Of a DNA stretch of 44,729 nt, positions 23,191 through 35,389 are shown piece by piece. Numbering within the stretch: position 1 is the first letter of the stretch; each line of letters starts with the position of its first letter. A model generated the notes under the pieces. It saw nothing but the letters and a program-made list of their open reading frames with translations, was not told where the DNA came from and ran no database searches. This DNA comes from Octopus bimaculoides. Its lineage: Eukaryota. The position numbers and the translations under genes are program-made. The DNA lies in NCBI RefSeq assembly GCF_001194135.2, contig NC_068990.1, positions 58,098,497-58,143,225 of the forward strand, written 5' to 3'.

Positions 23191-25704
23191 AAAGTAAAGA
23201 GATGCATCTAATTACACAAACATTCTTGTCCAACACTCATGCGTTTAAGTAAACTCACCATCCTTGATAAATTGATAAAAACATATTTGTTAATTAAATA
23301 AAGTCACAGTTTCAAATTGATATAGGAAGACTCATGAGGAGTTTTCGAAGACAGTATTATGAAAGTGATGTTAAAATTGTTTGTATTAGAAACTAATATT
23401 TTGTTCAAAAATCAGTTCCTTGTGTCTACTGCATAATGTTGTTTCAGCGATTTTGTATAAATAAATCTAAAATTGCGGGTAGAAATGAAATAGCTGACTG
23501 CTATGAAATGCTTTTAAAAAGTATCATGATTATTATAGTATTGCCATACAGTGAAAAATACAAGAGAGTCAGGTTTGCAAAAGTGGCTGAGCATCAAACA
23601 TAATACCTTTGGACATTAAGCTACAATTGCTTACGTTCGAAGTTCAAATGTCGCCAAGATCTAAAGACTTTTTTGTCAACAAATACAATAATACAAGTTA
23701 ATGACTTAATCGATCTATATCGATAAGCACGATTTTTTTATGTCCTGCCTATGAAACAAACCAATAGCAGTCACTTGATATTAAGGAAAAAGTTATGCAA
23801 AACAGCTTTAAGGGGTGGATCAGTAACCATAGATACAGAATAATTCAAACTTCAGCATGAAAATACTATCAGCATAACTGGTTATAGCAAGCGATCAATG
23901 AAAAATCACAAACCAACGAAAGGATCACATCTCATGCACTTGCACCAATGGAAACTGCCAAAATGAAACAAAAAAAAATATTCACACACACTCTCTCTCA
24001 ACTGTGTTGTAAGTTTTTAAGCTTGCAATTGGTAACAGTCGGATATTGCTGTGAAAGTGAGATAGACTAAAAATTATGATGCCTTTGATAATACGTTTCA
24101 AAAATCAGAGATGACCTGGAATTAAATAAATATATTCGGTGCAACTGCTTCAAACTGGAAAGTTTCGATTGCAGTAAATATGACACATTAGATAAAGGAG
24201 CATATATGCCTATAAGAAAAGTAAAAATGCTCCTACATAGTCAAAAACTGAGGAAAAGTAGTTAAAAGAGAGATGAAGGAGAAGCAGTTACTAAAACAAA
24301 CAATACAACTCCATAACATAATTATTGAAATACATGCATAAACTAAATAGAAACAGACAAAATTAAGTATGTATTATGACAGACAAATCTCTTTGTAAAA
24401 CGGACAGATCAAGAAAGTAAAAGCCGTCTAAATTTTCCAGGACCACCAAAACTCATGAGATGAAAGGAAAGGGGTAACTTCGAGCTAAAAACCGGATTCG
24501 AAGGGTTGCAGCAAAAGAAGGGTTGCACTAAAGAAACCCAATGGCTAGATGGTGGTGTTACAACGGATGACTGATTGAGTTAACGATGATGACAAACAAG
24601 GAGTATTTTCAAAGATTCAGTATCAAAATGTCCATTAGAAAAATGATTTTAGAAATATGTGCATAAACCAATAAAAGAGCGTCTATACAATCATTTGATC
24701 CATCAAAACTGGTTGTGAACTCTCCCTCGAATCACACCACACTTTCTTAAAATCGTAAGCATACATTAGATAAAGTACTTCTAAAATCAGGCTGTTTGGA
24801 AAGTGAATGTTCAACAGTTTACTAAAAAGATGGGATAGTCGAGGTTTTTAACGACAGGACCGGTATGGGAGTCAAACAACAACAAAATTCACTCAACATA
24901 CGTCATTTGTGTACCCTCTACTTGTATATTAATATTTATCTTACTGGATCCAACCTACCAAGAACTGAAGCAAATGGATATAAAAAGTCGGTAGATGCTG
25001 ACTGTTTCTGAAACAATCCATACAAGAAGAGATGTGAATATATTTCTGACATAAGAAATTTATTACAGAATTTAAATCTAAAGAAATGCGTGTAAAGACA
25101 TAATTATAACACCGAAATAACACTTCTCGCAGGGAAACATTTTAAATATCGAACTGGTTGTGATTTATGACCATGAAATAGAGCAGACTTGATAGAATAA
25201 CTGCTAAACACGAAAAAAGCCATGAAATAAAAGCGGACAATTGTGTTACTTGAAGCAACGCTGACAAAACTTAAGAGGGATAACGAAATAATGATAGAGA
25301 AAGAAAATTTCGAAAAGGGGCTTAAAAGGAGAAAAGAGAACATAAAGAAGGTATAAAACTGCTAAAAGCTTAGAATAAAGCTTTGGGGTATGCGTAACAT
25401 CATTGGAATTTGAAGATTACTCTCATTTGGTTATGGCAGGAGATTTCTAACCAAGTATTTGATGTAAAAAAAAAAGTTAGCTAAATGCAAGGTACAGTTC
25501 GTACGACAGAAAAAGTGTATCTTTACAATCCCAACGCAAGATAATCAAAACTACACAAAGTAAATACACCAGGGTCTCTAAATATGAACAGTGATAATGC
25601 AATAGAAATTTCTAGCGCAGCCTATCTGAATATAGTGGTTTCTATCCAAACTGATTCCACGACATAATTTTTAGATATTGTTTCGAATTTGCACACAAGG
25701 CCAG

Positions 25705-25875
25705 CAGTTTCAGAGGAGAGCTTAAATCAATTACATCGACCCCAATGCTCAACTGGTATTTTTTTTTTTCCAACGAAAAGATGAAAGGCAAAAATCGACC
25801 TCGGTGAATTTTGAACTCAGAACGTAAAGACGAACGAAACACCGGTGCGGTAACGATTCTACCGGATCACTACCT
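25705..25875 (-). mobile_element. SINE-like family B
   Basis: ATTACATCGACCCCAATGCTCAACTGGTA...GATGAAAGGCAAAAATCGACCTCGGTGAATTTTGAACTCAGAACGTAAAGACG. Confidence 0.75.
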
Positions 25876-25954
25876 TAAAAAAGAAATTATCAAATTTTAA
25901 CTCTTATTAAAGGTTTGAGGAAATGATTTTCTTTTATTTTTTAATTGTATCACT

Positions 25955-26140
25955 CATTTAGTTGTGGCTATGCCGAGGCACCACCTTGAAGAAATTTTAG
26001 TCGAATGAATAGACCCAGAACATTTTTTAAACCTGGTAATTATTCTATCGGTGTCTTGTGCTGAACTGCTAAGATACGGGGACGTAAACACGCCAGTTGT
26101 CAAGTGTGGTTGGAGACAAAAGCAGACAGAAAGACACATA
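25955..26140 (-). mobile_element. SINE family A tail half
   Basis: GGCACCACCTTGAAG...TTCTATCGGTGTCTTGTGCTGAACTGCTAAGATACGGGGACGTAAACAC. Confidence 0.75.
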
Positions 26141-26148
26141 TTGATATA

Positions 26149-26359
26149 CAGGGTGTGACAGAAATACCTCCCACATTTGAAAGGTTGACAAAAGGAAAAA
26201 GAAACAACATTTATGAAAAATTAATTTTACTGTTGTTTAAACAAAGGGTTACAGTTTTTGTTCATTAGCTAAATGAAAACATCATTGGCACTTGCATAAG
26301 TTCATTAGCAACACATAGGTGAAAGTTTAAAATGTGGGAGGTATTTCTGCCACACCCTG
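26149..26359. mobile_element. Tc1/mariner-type MITE (211 bp)
   Basis: 30-bp TIR CAGGGTGTG(A/G)CAGAAATACCTCCCACATTT with one mismatch, TA on both sides (26147-26148 and 26360-26361), AT-rich non-coding interior. Confidence 0.92.
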
Positions 26360-26599
26360 TATATATCGGCTCCCGACATTTTTCTTCTACTATTTTCTTC
26401 TCATCTAATAATTCTATTTCCTTGAAAAAATTTCTCCCAGGCGTTACCCATTACAGTTCGTCTTGGCCTAACGGTCTTTAATGTTTGTCTTCGTCGATTG
26501 TTTACTCTGTACGTCCACTCCGTCGTTGTTTGTTCGTTCGAAGCTCTAACTCTCCATGAAATTTATATTTTTTAAATTTCTAGATGCTGCTATCTAATG

Positions 26600-27184
26600 A
26601 AGTCTCAACAACCTCCACCTCGTGAGATGCATCATAGACTGGTGGGATAAAGAATTATTGGCGCCCTTATCAATTTAGATTAGTCGAAAGCTTTCGATAG
26701 TGTCGATCATCAACGTCTACTGGCTGGTTTTGTGCCCGTCTTCAGAAGCAATGCACAGTGCGATTTGTTCGGTGGTCAGAGTAAATGGCCACAAGTTGGA
26801 ACTGTTCAGTACCATGCGTTCGGGCTAGCAAGATTGTCACATCTGTCTTACTGTTCTAGAATCATTGGTGCAAAATTTAGAAGTTTTATGGAGCATCGAG
26901 GAAGATCAGTGTTTGCATATGTGAATGACGTCACCGTAATAGAGTCGGACACCAAACACATTGAGATGATCGGAACTACTCTAAGGGAAGGCGAGGCAGT
27001 AATTGAAGCAAAAATTTACCGGAAAAAGTCGTAGAGTTTGAAGTTCGGAACCTGGAGAAGCAAGTTCAAATCCTTCGACAGCATTGTGGGAGGCTGGATG
27101 GACGGACAGACTGAAGGACAGGTTACGTTACGTAGGATTTTGCTTGGTCCCGATCTGTAGGTGGACAAGAAGTGGAGAGAAGTG
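26600..27184 (+). pseudogene. L1-clade (Tx1-like) non-LTR retrotransposon RT remnant
   Basis: Frameshifted peptides NNLHLVRCIID, GALINLD*SKAFDSVDH, VVRVNGH, FAYVNDVTV (YADD), EAKIYRKKS*SLKFGTWR and GPDL*VDKKWREV follow the L1/Tx1 RT motif order. Confidence 0.85.
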
Positions 27185-27218
27185 ATATTGAGTTGATATC
27201 TCCTACTAAAACTTCTAG

Positions 27219-27284
27219 GTTCAGTTAGAAACAGATGTCAAAAATCTTCCAGAGAATACATACTACAGTTGGATGAATTGAAGG
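27219..27284 (+). CDS. Candidate internal exon (phase 1-1), (G)SVRNRCQKSSREYILQLDELK(E), product unknown
   Basis: Acceptor ctcctactaaaacttctAG, donor AAGG|GTATGC; only one frame is open; phase-compatible with 27636-27730. Confidence 0.5.
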
Positions 27285-27635
27285 GTATGCATGTATATAT
27301 AATATAATCTTACATAAACTATACCTTAGAAAGGACAGGACTGAATGTGTTTGATTACAGATCTGTTTCACGAAGGTCGATCTTGAAGCTAAATGCTATC
27401 ACCACGACCACGACCACCACTACCACAACTGCAAGAAACAAAACAAACAACGAGAATAATGCTAATAACAACAATAAACACAAACAAGAACGACAACAAA
27501 ACGAACAGTAGAAACAACAAAAATACCAACAATAACCACTAATACCGTCTGAAAACGAACGCCTGACAAATCCCTGTTAGTGAAATTATTCAAATGACAT
27601 GTGTGTGTGTGTATTTTTTTTTTAATATTATGCAG

Positions 27636-27730
27636 AAATATGGACGAAAAGTCATTCTCCACGCCTTCAACTACGTCACATTACGGATGCCAACACCTTC
27701 ATTACAATACTAGAGATGACGTCAGCACAT
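27636..27730 (+). CDS. Candidate internal exon (phase 1-0), (E)IWTKSHSPRLQLRHITDANTFITILEMTSAH, product unknown
   Basis: Strong acceptor ttttttttttaatattatgcAG, donor CAT|GTTAGT; reads through in frame from the previous exon (351-nt intron). Confidence 0.55.
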
Positions 27731-28540
27731 GTTAGTTAACTTGCTAAGGATTGGTCTCTGCTGGACTACAGTGGTAGCAAAGTTGTATTATTTGCACATA
27801 ACTACTTCAGCTACATTTTATCTCTTATAAGAATTCGAGAAATGATAATTATTTAAGGGCTTCATTTCCTTATTAAATGATGACGCCCCAACACTCTCTC
27901 CCTCTTTCTCTCCCTTTCTCTCTCTTTCTATCTTCTCAATGAAGCTCTTCCTCTCTTTCATTCTTATTTCTCATTTGCACACATAGAAACATATTCATAT
28001 AAAGATGCTTTTGTATGTGTGTGTGCATATATGTATATATATATATATATNNNNNNNNNNNNNNNNNNNNNNNNNNNNNNNNNNNNNNNNNNNNNNNNNN
28101 NNNNNNNNNNNNNNNNNNNNNNNNNNNNNNNNNNNNNNNNNNNNNNNNNNNNNNNNNNNNNNNNNNNNNNNNNNNNNNNNNNNNNNNNNNNNNNNNNNNN
28201 NNNNNNNNNNNNNNNNNNNNNNNNNNNNNNNNNNNNNNNNNNNNNNNNNNNNNNNNNNNNNNNNNNNNNNNNNNNNNNNNNNNNNNNNNNNNNNNNNNNN
28301 NNNNNNNNNNNNNNNNNNNNNNNNNNNNNNNNNNNNNNNNNNNNNNNNNNNNNNNNNNNNNNNNNNNNNNNNNNNNNNNNNNNNNNNNNNNNNNNNNNNN
28401 NNNNNNNNNNNNNNNNNNNNNNNNNNNNNNNNNNNNNNNNNNNNNNNNNNNNNNNNNNNNNNNNNNNNNNNNNNNNNNNNNNNNNNNNNNNNNNNNNNNN
28501 NNNNNNNNNNNNNNNNNNNNNNNNNNNNNNNNNNNNNNNN

Positions 28541-28597
<57 letters not shown>

Positions 28598-28859
28598 GTA
28601 TGTATGCATGTTTATATAGTAACAGATGCATATATGCATGTATAGATATATGTATATAATATATATATGTATGTATATATATTAACACACATACATATAT
28701 GCATACATATGTATATATACACATATATATTATATGCATTTATATATACACATATATATATATACATATATATATATACACACGCACATGTATATATACG
28801 CACACAAATAGCTACGTATCCTCTACACATTTCACATCTCATCTTTGATAACATCAATA

Positions 28860-29180
28860 TTTATAATATCCGCCGCCATCAACCATTATTACTAGTTCTA
28901 CTATCATCAACAACACTACATCAGCTCCAACACAAGTACCCCCTCCTCTCCACTACTAACGCAATGACGACACCACCACCGCCACCACCGTGGACCAATG
29001 CCTTCTCCACATTGTTTTCATATTCCAATACCTTACCATCCCCCCCCACACAATTTCTTATGATGAATTCTGTTGTGTCAGCCTATGTGTCCATCATTTT
29101 CACAAATTATTCGTTGTTACTATCATTGACATCATCATCGTCGTCACCATCATCATCATCATCATCATCATCATCATTCA

Positions 29181-29214
<34 letters not shown>

Positions 29215-29680
29215 TTCATCATCAACAACATCATCATAATTATCATCGTCATCAGCAGCAGCGTCTTTATCAACATACTGATCATCAATAGTTATTATAA
29301 ATATTGTCATTCCATCACCGAGATCATCACCAGCATCATCATCAGCAGCAGCAGCAACACCACCAGCATCAATGCCACCACCACCACCACCACCACCACC
29401 ACGACTACCATCACCAACAACAATACTACCCCCACAACTAACATCATCATCATCGCCATCTTCAACATCAATCATCGTCAACCTCATCATTTATCATCAC
29501 TGTGATATTTATCTTCATCATCATCAACATCATCATCATCATCATCATGAACATCAACATCATCATCATCGTCCTGACCACCACCCACCACTACCCTGCC
29601 ATCAGCACCACTACTACCACCACCATCACCGTCATCATTCCTGTCACTGCTCCTATATTTCAATGTTATTTATTGATAAT
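28860..29680. repeat. Degenerate (CAT)n/(CAC)n/(CAG)n trinucleotide array
   Basis: Read directly; explains the poly-S/I/H/P/D ORFs. Confidence 0.95.
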
Positions 29681-29997
29681 AATCTGAAGCAACTTTAATG
29701 ATGACGTTACAGCTAGCAATTAACACAATAGTTAGCACACACGATATTACATCAGCCAATGAGAGAGCGTCATTGTGGGTACCGGATCTGCTAGAAATAG
29801 TAGCGAAAATTTATCTCAAATCACACTTTAGCTTCATTGAAAAAAAATGGATAATGTAGGTGGAGAAACATTACGTTGAAATTAAAACAAATATTGTGGT
29901 CGCTAAATTTGTTAATATTCACAATTGGTGTCCGTCAAAGCCATTCCTGGTGTATAAATAAACAATACGTATTTGATGTTATAGACCGTGGTCTATC

Positions 29998-30410
29998 ATC
30001 TTTTGTCTTTAATCTGTTTCAGTCATCAGATTGCAGCCATACTGGGGCACCGCCATTGAAGAATTTCAGCCAAACGAATTGACTCAGTACTTATTTTCAC
30101 TTTTTTAAAAAACTTGTTATTCTATCGGTAACTTTTGCCGAACTGCTAAGTTACGGGGGACGTAAACACACCAACACCGGTTGTCACGCGGTGGTGGGAT
30201 ACAGTCACAAAGACACACAAACACATACATACCTACATATATGTGTATGTGTGTGTTTATATATATATATATATATATACGCCGGGCTTCTTTCAGTTTC
30301 CGCCTACCTAACATATTCACATGGAGGCTATAGTTGAAGCCCAAGTTGCCACGCAGTAGGTCTCAACCTGGTATCATATAGTGGGAATCAAAATTCTTAC
30401 CAGACAACAA
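29998..30410 (-). mobile_element. SINE family A, near full length, with internal (TA)/(CA) tract
   Basis: Tail GCAGCCATACTGGGGCACCGCC, body GAACTGCTAAGTTACGGGGGACGTAAACAC, internal microsatellite, then GGGCTTCTTTCAGTTTCCG and the head. Confidence 0.8.
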
Positions 30411-31679
30411 CCTAAAACCAGAGACTTGACTCAAAAAAGAATTTATTTCCATTTAATGATCAACCAATAGACAGGGAGTGGTGTTAAACAGCCACAAGAA
30501 TCTGTTAGGCGTAGGGCCTGATCAAGCCCCATAGTGGCCCCTAAGCGCTTAAAATATTTTGGAGCCCCCATATATATATAACTGAAAATATAAGGAATAA
30601 TACACCAATAAATAAATTTTAATTTTTGAAAATGAATCAAAACTAATTGTGAGGTGATTTTTGTATACTTCCACTGTATTTATTAATGAAATATTTTGTC
30701 CTACTATTTTTAATTGCAAAGTCTTTGAGCAGATCCTGACTATGACACTATGAGTGCTTCGAAATTATATTCCCGATCATAAAAGCCACTTCGAATATTA
30801 TTTAAGCAAGTATAATGTGATCTCTTTTGTGCCCTAAGCCATTTACCATTTCTGTGGCATACCCCACCACCACCACCTTCACCTAATGCCCGAAGTTAGT
30901 ACTTATTTTGTTTAATAAGTTAATCAAGCGCTACTTAGATTTTTTTTACACACTTCCATTAAGAAATTTCACGCACAAACTTTCAACAACTAGGAGCTAT
31001 GACAGGACACACTTCCAAGGTATGTCCTCTATCATAGCCTAGAGTTGACCCAATGCATCCAGTTGCGAAGTGAACTTCCTAGCAACATTATCATAGCCAC
31101 ACTCATAACTGACAAAACGTGTAGCTACTAGAAACAAAGCAAGCCTTTATGATAGTCTCGTGCTACTTGAATAGAAGGTGTAAATACAATAGCCTGAAAG
31201 TGTGAAAAGGTTAGCTGCAGTTTATGACCTTTGATTGGAATAATTGCACACTGTAACAGGAATAATTACATTGTATTACAGGCATAACTGAAATAAATTA
31301 TAACAGAATTAATTACAGAATGTATCGGTGGAATAGCTATAACATGTGACGTGAATATTTGACAAATTGTGTCACATTGCGACCGCAGTGTCTACAATGT
31401 TTGACAATCGGCCCTGGCTATGTGGTTAAGGAGCTCGTTTGCAGCTATGTGGTTTTCGGTTCAGTCACATAGCGTGGCACATTTAGCAAGTGTTCTCTTA
31501 TTATAGTCTCAGATCGACCAGTGCTTTGAGTGAATTCCGCAGACGGAAGCTGGTACAGGGATCCGTCGTATATATGTATATATATATATATATATATAAT
31601 ATAAATAATATATTAATATATGCATATATCCATACATATATGTACATACCTACATCTAAATGTATACATACATGCATAT

Positions 31680-32045
31680 ATAGGTACAGGACATCACAAA
31701 AAAAAAAACGTTAAACACAAGAGAAACGAAAACATAAAGACGAAAACAGAAAACAAACTTTTTTCGAACAACGAAGAAAAAGCAAACAGAGAAACGAGAC
31801 ATGCAACATAAAGAATATTCCCCTTCATCAGTTGTCCCTGTCCATCTACTCCGCGTTTTCACAAAAAAAAAGAAAAAATACGAAGACAGGTGGTGTAGGC
31901 AACAAACAGATGTATTAGTATAACGCTCGAGAAGTGAAAAGGTCTTTAACGTTTCGAGCCTACGCTCTTCCACAGAAAGGAACACAGAAAGAAACAAGGA
32001 GAGAAAATAACGAATGTGTAGTGGCTAGCGATCTATCATGGTCAT
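31680..32045 (-). mobile_element. Composite of P1 (32045-31865) and P2 (31860-31680) repeats
   Basis: Each half aligns to separate copies elsewhere in the window. Confidence 0.6.
31944..31979 (-). ncRNA. Best-preserved minimal type I hammerhead-like motif (P1)
   Basis: Minus strand CTTT-CTGTGGA-A-GAGC-GTAG-GCTC-GAAAC-GTT-AAAG: 4-bp stem I, 4-bp stem II, palindromic ACGT stem III, GUU triplet; the only core deviation is U6. Confidence 0.5.
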
Positions 32046-32519
32046 ATATATGTGTGTGTGCCCAACAAACTGCTTGAAAATTGGTGTTGATTTCTTTACG
32101 TCCCCATAACTTAGCAGTTCGTCAAAAGAAACCGGTAATAGAATATGTAATAAGTAACAGACCTGAAAGTAAGTAATGGAGTCAATTTCTTAGACTATAT
32201 TTTTTTCAAGGCGGTGCATCCAATATGGCCGCAATCCAGTGATTGCAACAAGCGAGAAAAATGGAACCGAAAAAGAAAAAAAAAAGATGGAACATACAAG
32301 AACGAATTTACTTCGAAGTCATGATTGACTTACGTACAATTCAGCCCCTCAAAACGTTTGGGAGGTTTCTTCTACCAAAATTTGGAGTAAATTTAAGACT
32401 CGAGAATGGAATTGTCGTCCGGAAAGTAAGTGGAAGACACAATAGATGCGCGCTGTTTGTAAAACAAAAACAAAGCCAGCTTTGTTATACATTATTACCT
32501 GAAATTTTCCTAAAGTCTA

Positions 32520-32605
32520 CGTTGTGTTCAAGACAATTGTCAGATTGCTTCCATGCTGGGGCACCGCCTTCAAAAATTTTGGTCAAACGAACCGACCCCA
32601 GTAGT
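32520..32605 (-). mobile_element. SINE family A tail fragment
   Basis: CCATGCTGGGGCACCGCCTTCAA...ACCGACCCCAGT. Confidence 0.65.
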
Positions 32606-32617
32606 TATTATCATTAC

Positions 32618-32656
<39 letters not shown>

Positions 32657-32717
32657 CATCATCATCAGTATTATTATCATCATCATCATCATCATCGTCA
32701 TCATCATCATAATCATC

Positions 32718-32759
<42 letters not shown>

Positions 32760-32760
32760 T
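32605..32760. repeat. (ATT)n/(CAT)n array
   Basis: Read directly. Confidence 0.95.
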
Positions 32761-33104
32761 AATGCTTGACTTTGCTTTGCATTTGTACAAGTTGGATCCA
32801 AGTCTCACCCAGAGATTATTGTTGTCGTAGTTGTTATTGTTGTCGTCGTCAACGTCGTAGTTATCTTCTTTGTGAGCAAAACTTTTTATCACCTTCAAGT
32901 TTTCCTCAAAATGGTTTACCTTTTATAGATGTTTTGAATTTTTGTTGTACCTATTTTAACATATATGATTATGCCATTTTAACATAATCGACAACAACTG
33001 TAACAGAGTGGTCAGTTCAAACTTTTCTCGTTTGGGTTTTTGAAACTTTTGTTATAATCTTTCTGTTAAAAAAAAAACTAATAGAAACCATGGACATTGT
33101 GTAG

Positions 33105-33175
33105 GTTTTGTTACCTGGCCAACACATGAGAATAGCTGGAAGAGATACTGTCAATGACTACTGGAATGTCTTTGA
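33105..33175 (+). CDS. Weak candidate exon VLLPGQHMRIAGRDTVNDYWNVF(D/E)
   Basis: Open frame, donor TGA|GTGAGA; the phase-0 start is compatible with 27730, but the acceptor (gacattgtgtAG) is poor in pyrimidines. Confidence 0.2.
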
Positions 33176-34254
33176 GTGAGAGTCAACCTTATCCCAATCC
33201 GCAATGCAGTCACTACAACCGCTATAGCTGTCACAAATATCGTCCAAGACAAACCAGTTGGCAGCAACAATAACAACGCTAACAATAACTACGATGATAA
33301 TGCAGCAATAACAAATTTAACTGCGTATTCCTCAAAACCAATACTGTTGTTACTGCCATTAACAGAACACAGTACGACTCATGTTATTATTAAGCTAGCT
33401 GCAAATGATGCTAGATCAGCTGGAGCCAATTCGTTTCGTTCATAAACACCACCAAACATCTGGATCATACGCGCTCAAAGTGAAGAAAGTCTGTAGAATG
33501 GAGCAGAAGGTGTGTAGGGACCTGAAAGACATGCTCGAACTATTGGAAGTGGATGGGAACAAGAGTAGAGACACTGAATAGTATACAGGTGCATCAACCA
33601 AAAACAAAACGAGTAAACAACCTAACGCAGGTGGAAGTCGTGAAGTGACTGAAAAAATTAAGGTACGCCATTAGGTGCTTGAACAAACGGACGAAATTCA
33701 ATACAGTTCAGGAGATTTTCCAAAGCCTAAAAACAATAATGTGCACCTCTGACGAATATATCTTGCAGTCATACCTTATTAAGCATTGTGTGACCAAGTC
33801 ACAGTATATGATATCTCACATCGTACAAACGTCTAGTATATAACTAGATCAAATCGATCGCCCTCCAAAACTAGTTTGAGATCTAGCTGATGCTACAAAT
33901 GCAGTTCATTTCTCTAGGTCTCTGAACGACCTCTAACCGCATTGACTTTACTAGTAGAGATCAGTTGAGCATTAAGATGAAGAGCAAAAATCTTAGGTAG
34001 CTTTGATCACCACATACTCACCTTCATTCCTTTCCTCCGCTTCAAGCCTCTCTGATTCTGAAATGAGGTAGCGCGAAGAGTTCGACACGAATTCATCGCA
34101 AGAGTGTCTTCTTTTGTTTTTGCTTTTTTATTTTAGGTGAAAAAACAATAAGAAACCAAAATGCCGTGTGTAACATGCATTCATCACTCTCCCTAAGATA
34201 GAGATACAAGGATTTGATCTCTTTCTTAACACTTTCCTCTATTCTAATCAATTA

Positions 34255-34990
34255 TTTTCTCCTTCCTTCCTTTGTAGATAAAGCCCTTCTACATTACTTC
34301 TAGCATGAAGACATCTGTACATTGCCATTATCATTCCAGTTCTGCTCATGTTGACCATTGTCTCTTCCACACCTCATGCATCGTAGCGAACCATGTCTGC
34401 AGCTGAAATGTTGTTGACATTGAGCAGATCACCTCCATTCAGCAAAGATCAACAGTAATTCTTCACTCTTCTAATGTACTCTGATGTGATCTTGTCTTTC
34501 ATAATGGTATTCATAATCCGGTCTAACTGTAAAATACCAAGTTACTGGTATCCTATGTCCACTTCACCAATTCACCTACCGTCAGGAAATTCCCCTCTAT
34601 TACTGCCTACTTTCATTATTCTCGTTTCTTGAACAGCGCAAGTATCTAGACTCAATAACATCCAGATGTCTTGTAAGATAATTCGTACAACCTGAAGAAG
34701 TGAGTCAAGTTGATCTCTGCTATCCCTATAAATCTTCAGACCATCCACGAACAGTAAATGGTTAATTAGTCTCACGTTCTTCTGCATTCGGTAACCAGTT
34801 CTTATATTCAAATCCAGAGTTGGTGGCAACATGATAACAATAAACAGCAATAGTAGCAATAAATAACCTGAAAGGAATCCTCTCCTGACGTTGACTTGTC
34901 CAAAATCACTCTCACCTGCTTCTAAAACGTTCTTCCGGTTCCTCGCAATATTCCTGTCTACAACGATGGTGAAATTACCTTGCAATATTC
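34255..34990 (-). pseudogene. R4/Dong-like non-LTR retrotransposon RT remnant
   Basis: FGQVNVRRGF, INHLLFVDGLKIY (HLLFMDDLKLY), QLDSLLQVVRI, LSLDTCAV, LGILQLD and MYRCLHARSNVEGLYLQRKEG match the RT and downstream motifs of R4-type elements; frameshifted. Confidence 0.85.
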
Positions 34991-35389
34991 AGTTAAATAC
35001 TTTTAGTATGATTTGAGTCCAAATTACTGCATGGTTGACATTGTTTTTCATCATCAGAAGTAATAAAACAAAGTACCAGTAAAACACACAGATCAATGTA
35101 ATCAGTTATACTCTGCTCCCACATCTGTGGTCTTTTATCTACGTAAACATTAATTACTTAATTAGCGCATATCAGTTAATTGCCATAATTTATAGAATGA
35201 TGGATTAAATGCTTTGCAATATTCAGTTGCATAAGTGCGCTTCCTGAGTTTAAATCATACAAAAGTGGGCATAATTTTCCTCCTTCTGAGATCGATGAAA
35301 TAAGTACCGTTTGAGCAATGGATCGATTTAATCCTCAATTCACATCGTCATAGATTTGAGACCCATACTTATGTTAGAAATTAATATGA

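Larger units (their letters stand above)
31408..32262 (+). mobile_element. SINE family A split by a P1/P2 insert
   Basis: Head at 31408-31575 (GGCTATGTGGTTAAG...GGTTCAGTC) and tail at 32050-32262 (TTTACGTCCCCATAACTTAGCAGTTCG...CAAGGCGGTGC..ATGGCCGCA). Confidence 0.75.

Noticed and set aside
21779-24473. Exon-like segments starting at 21779 (NKSSELIEKLLDSH) and at 24441-24473
   Set aside because: Good acceptors but weak donors or very short; expected by chance in AT-rich DNA.
30994-31019. 26-nt segment ending in AAG|GTATGT
   Set aside because: Strong donor only; the phase is incompatible with 27730 unless another exon is hidden.
33490-33590. VCRDLKDMLEL peptide resembling an RTE-LINE C-terminus
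   Set aside because: Too short and diverged to assign.
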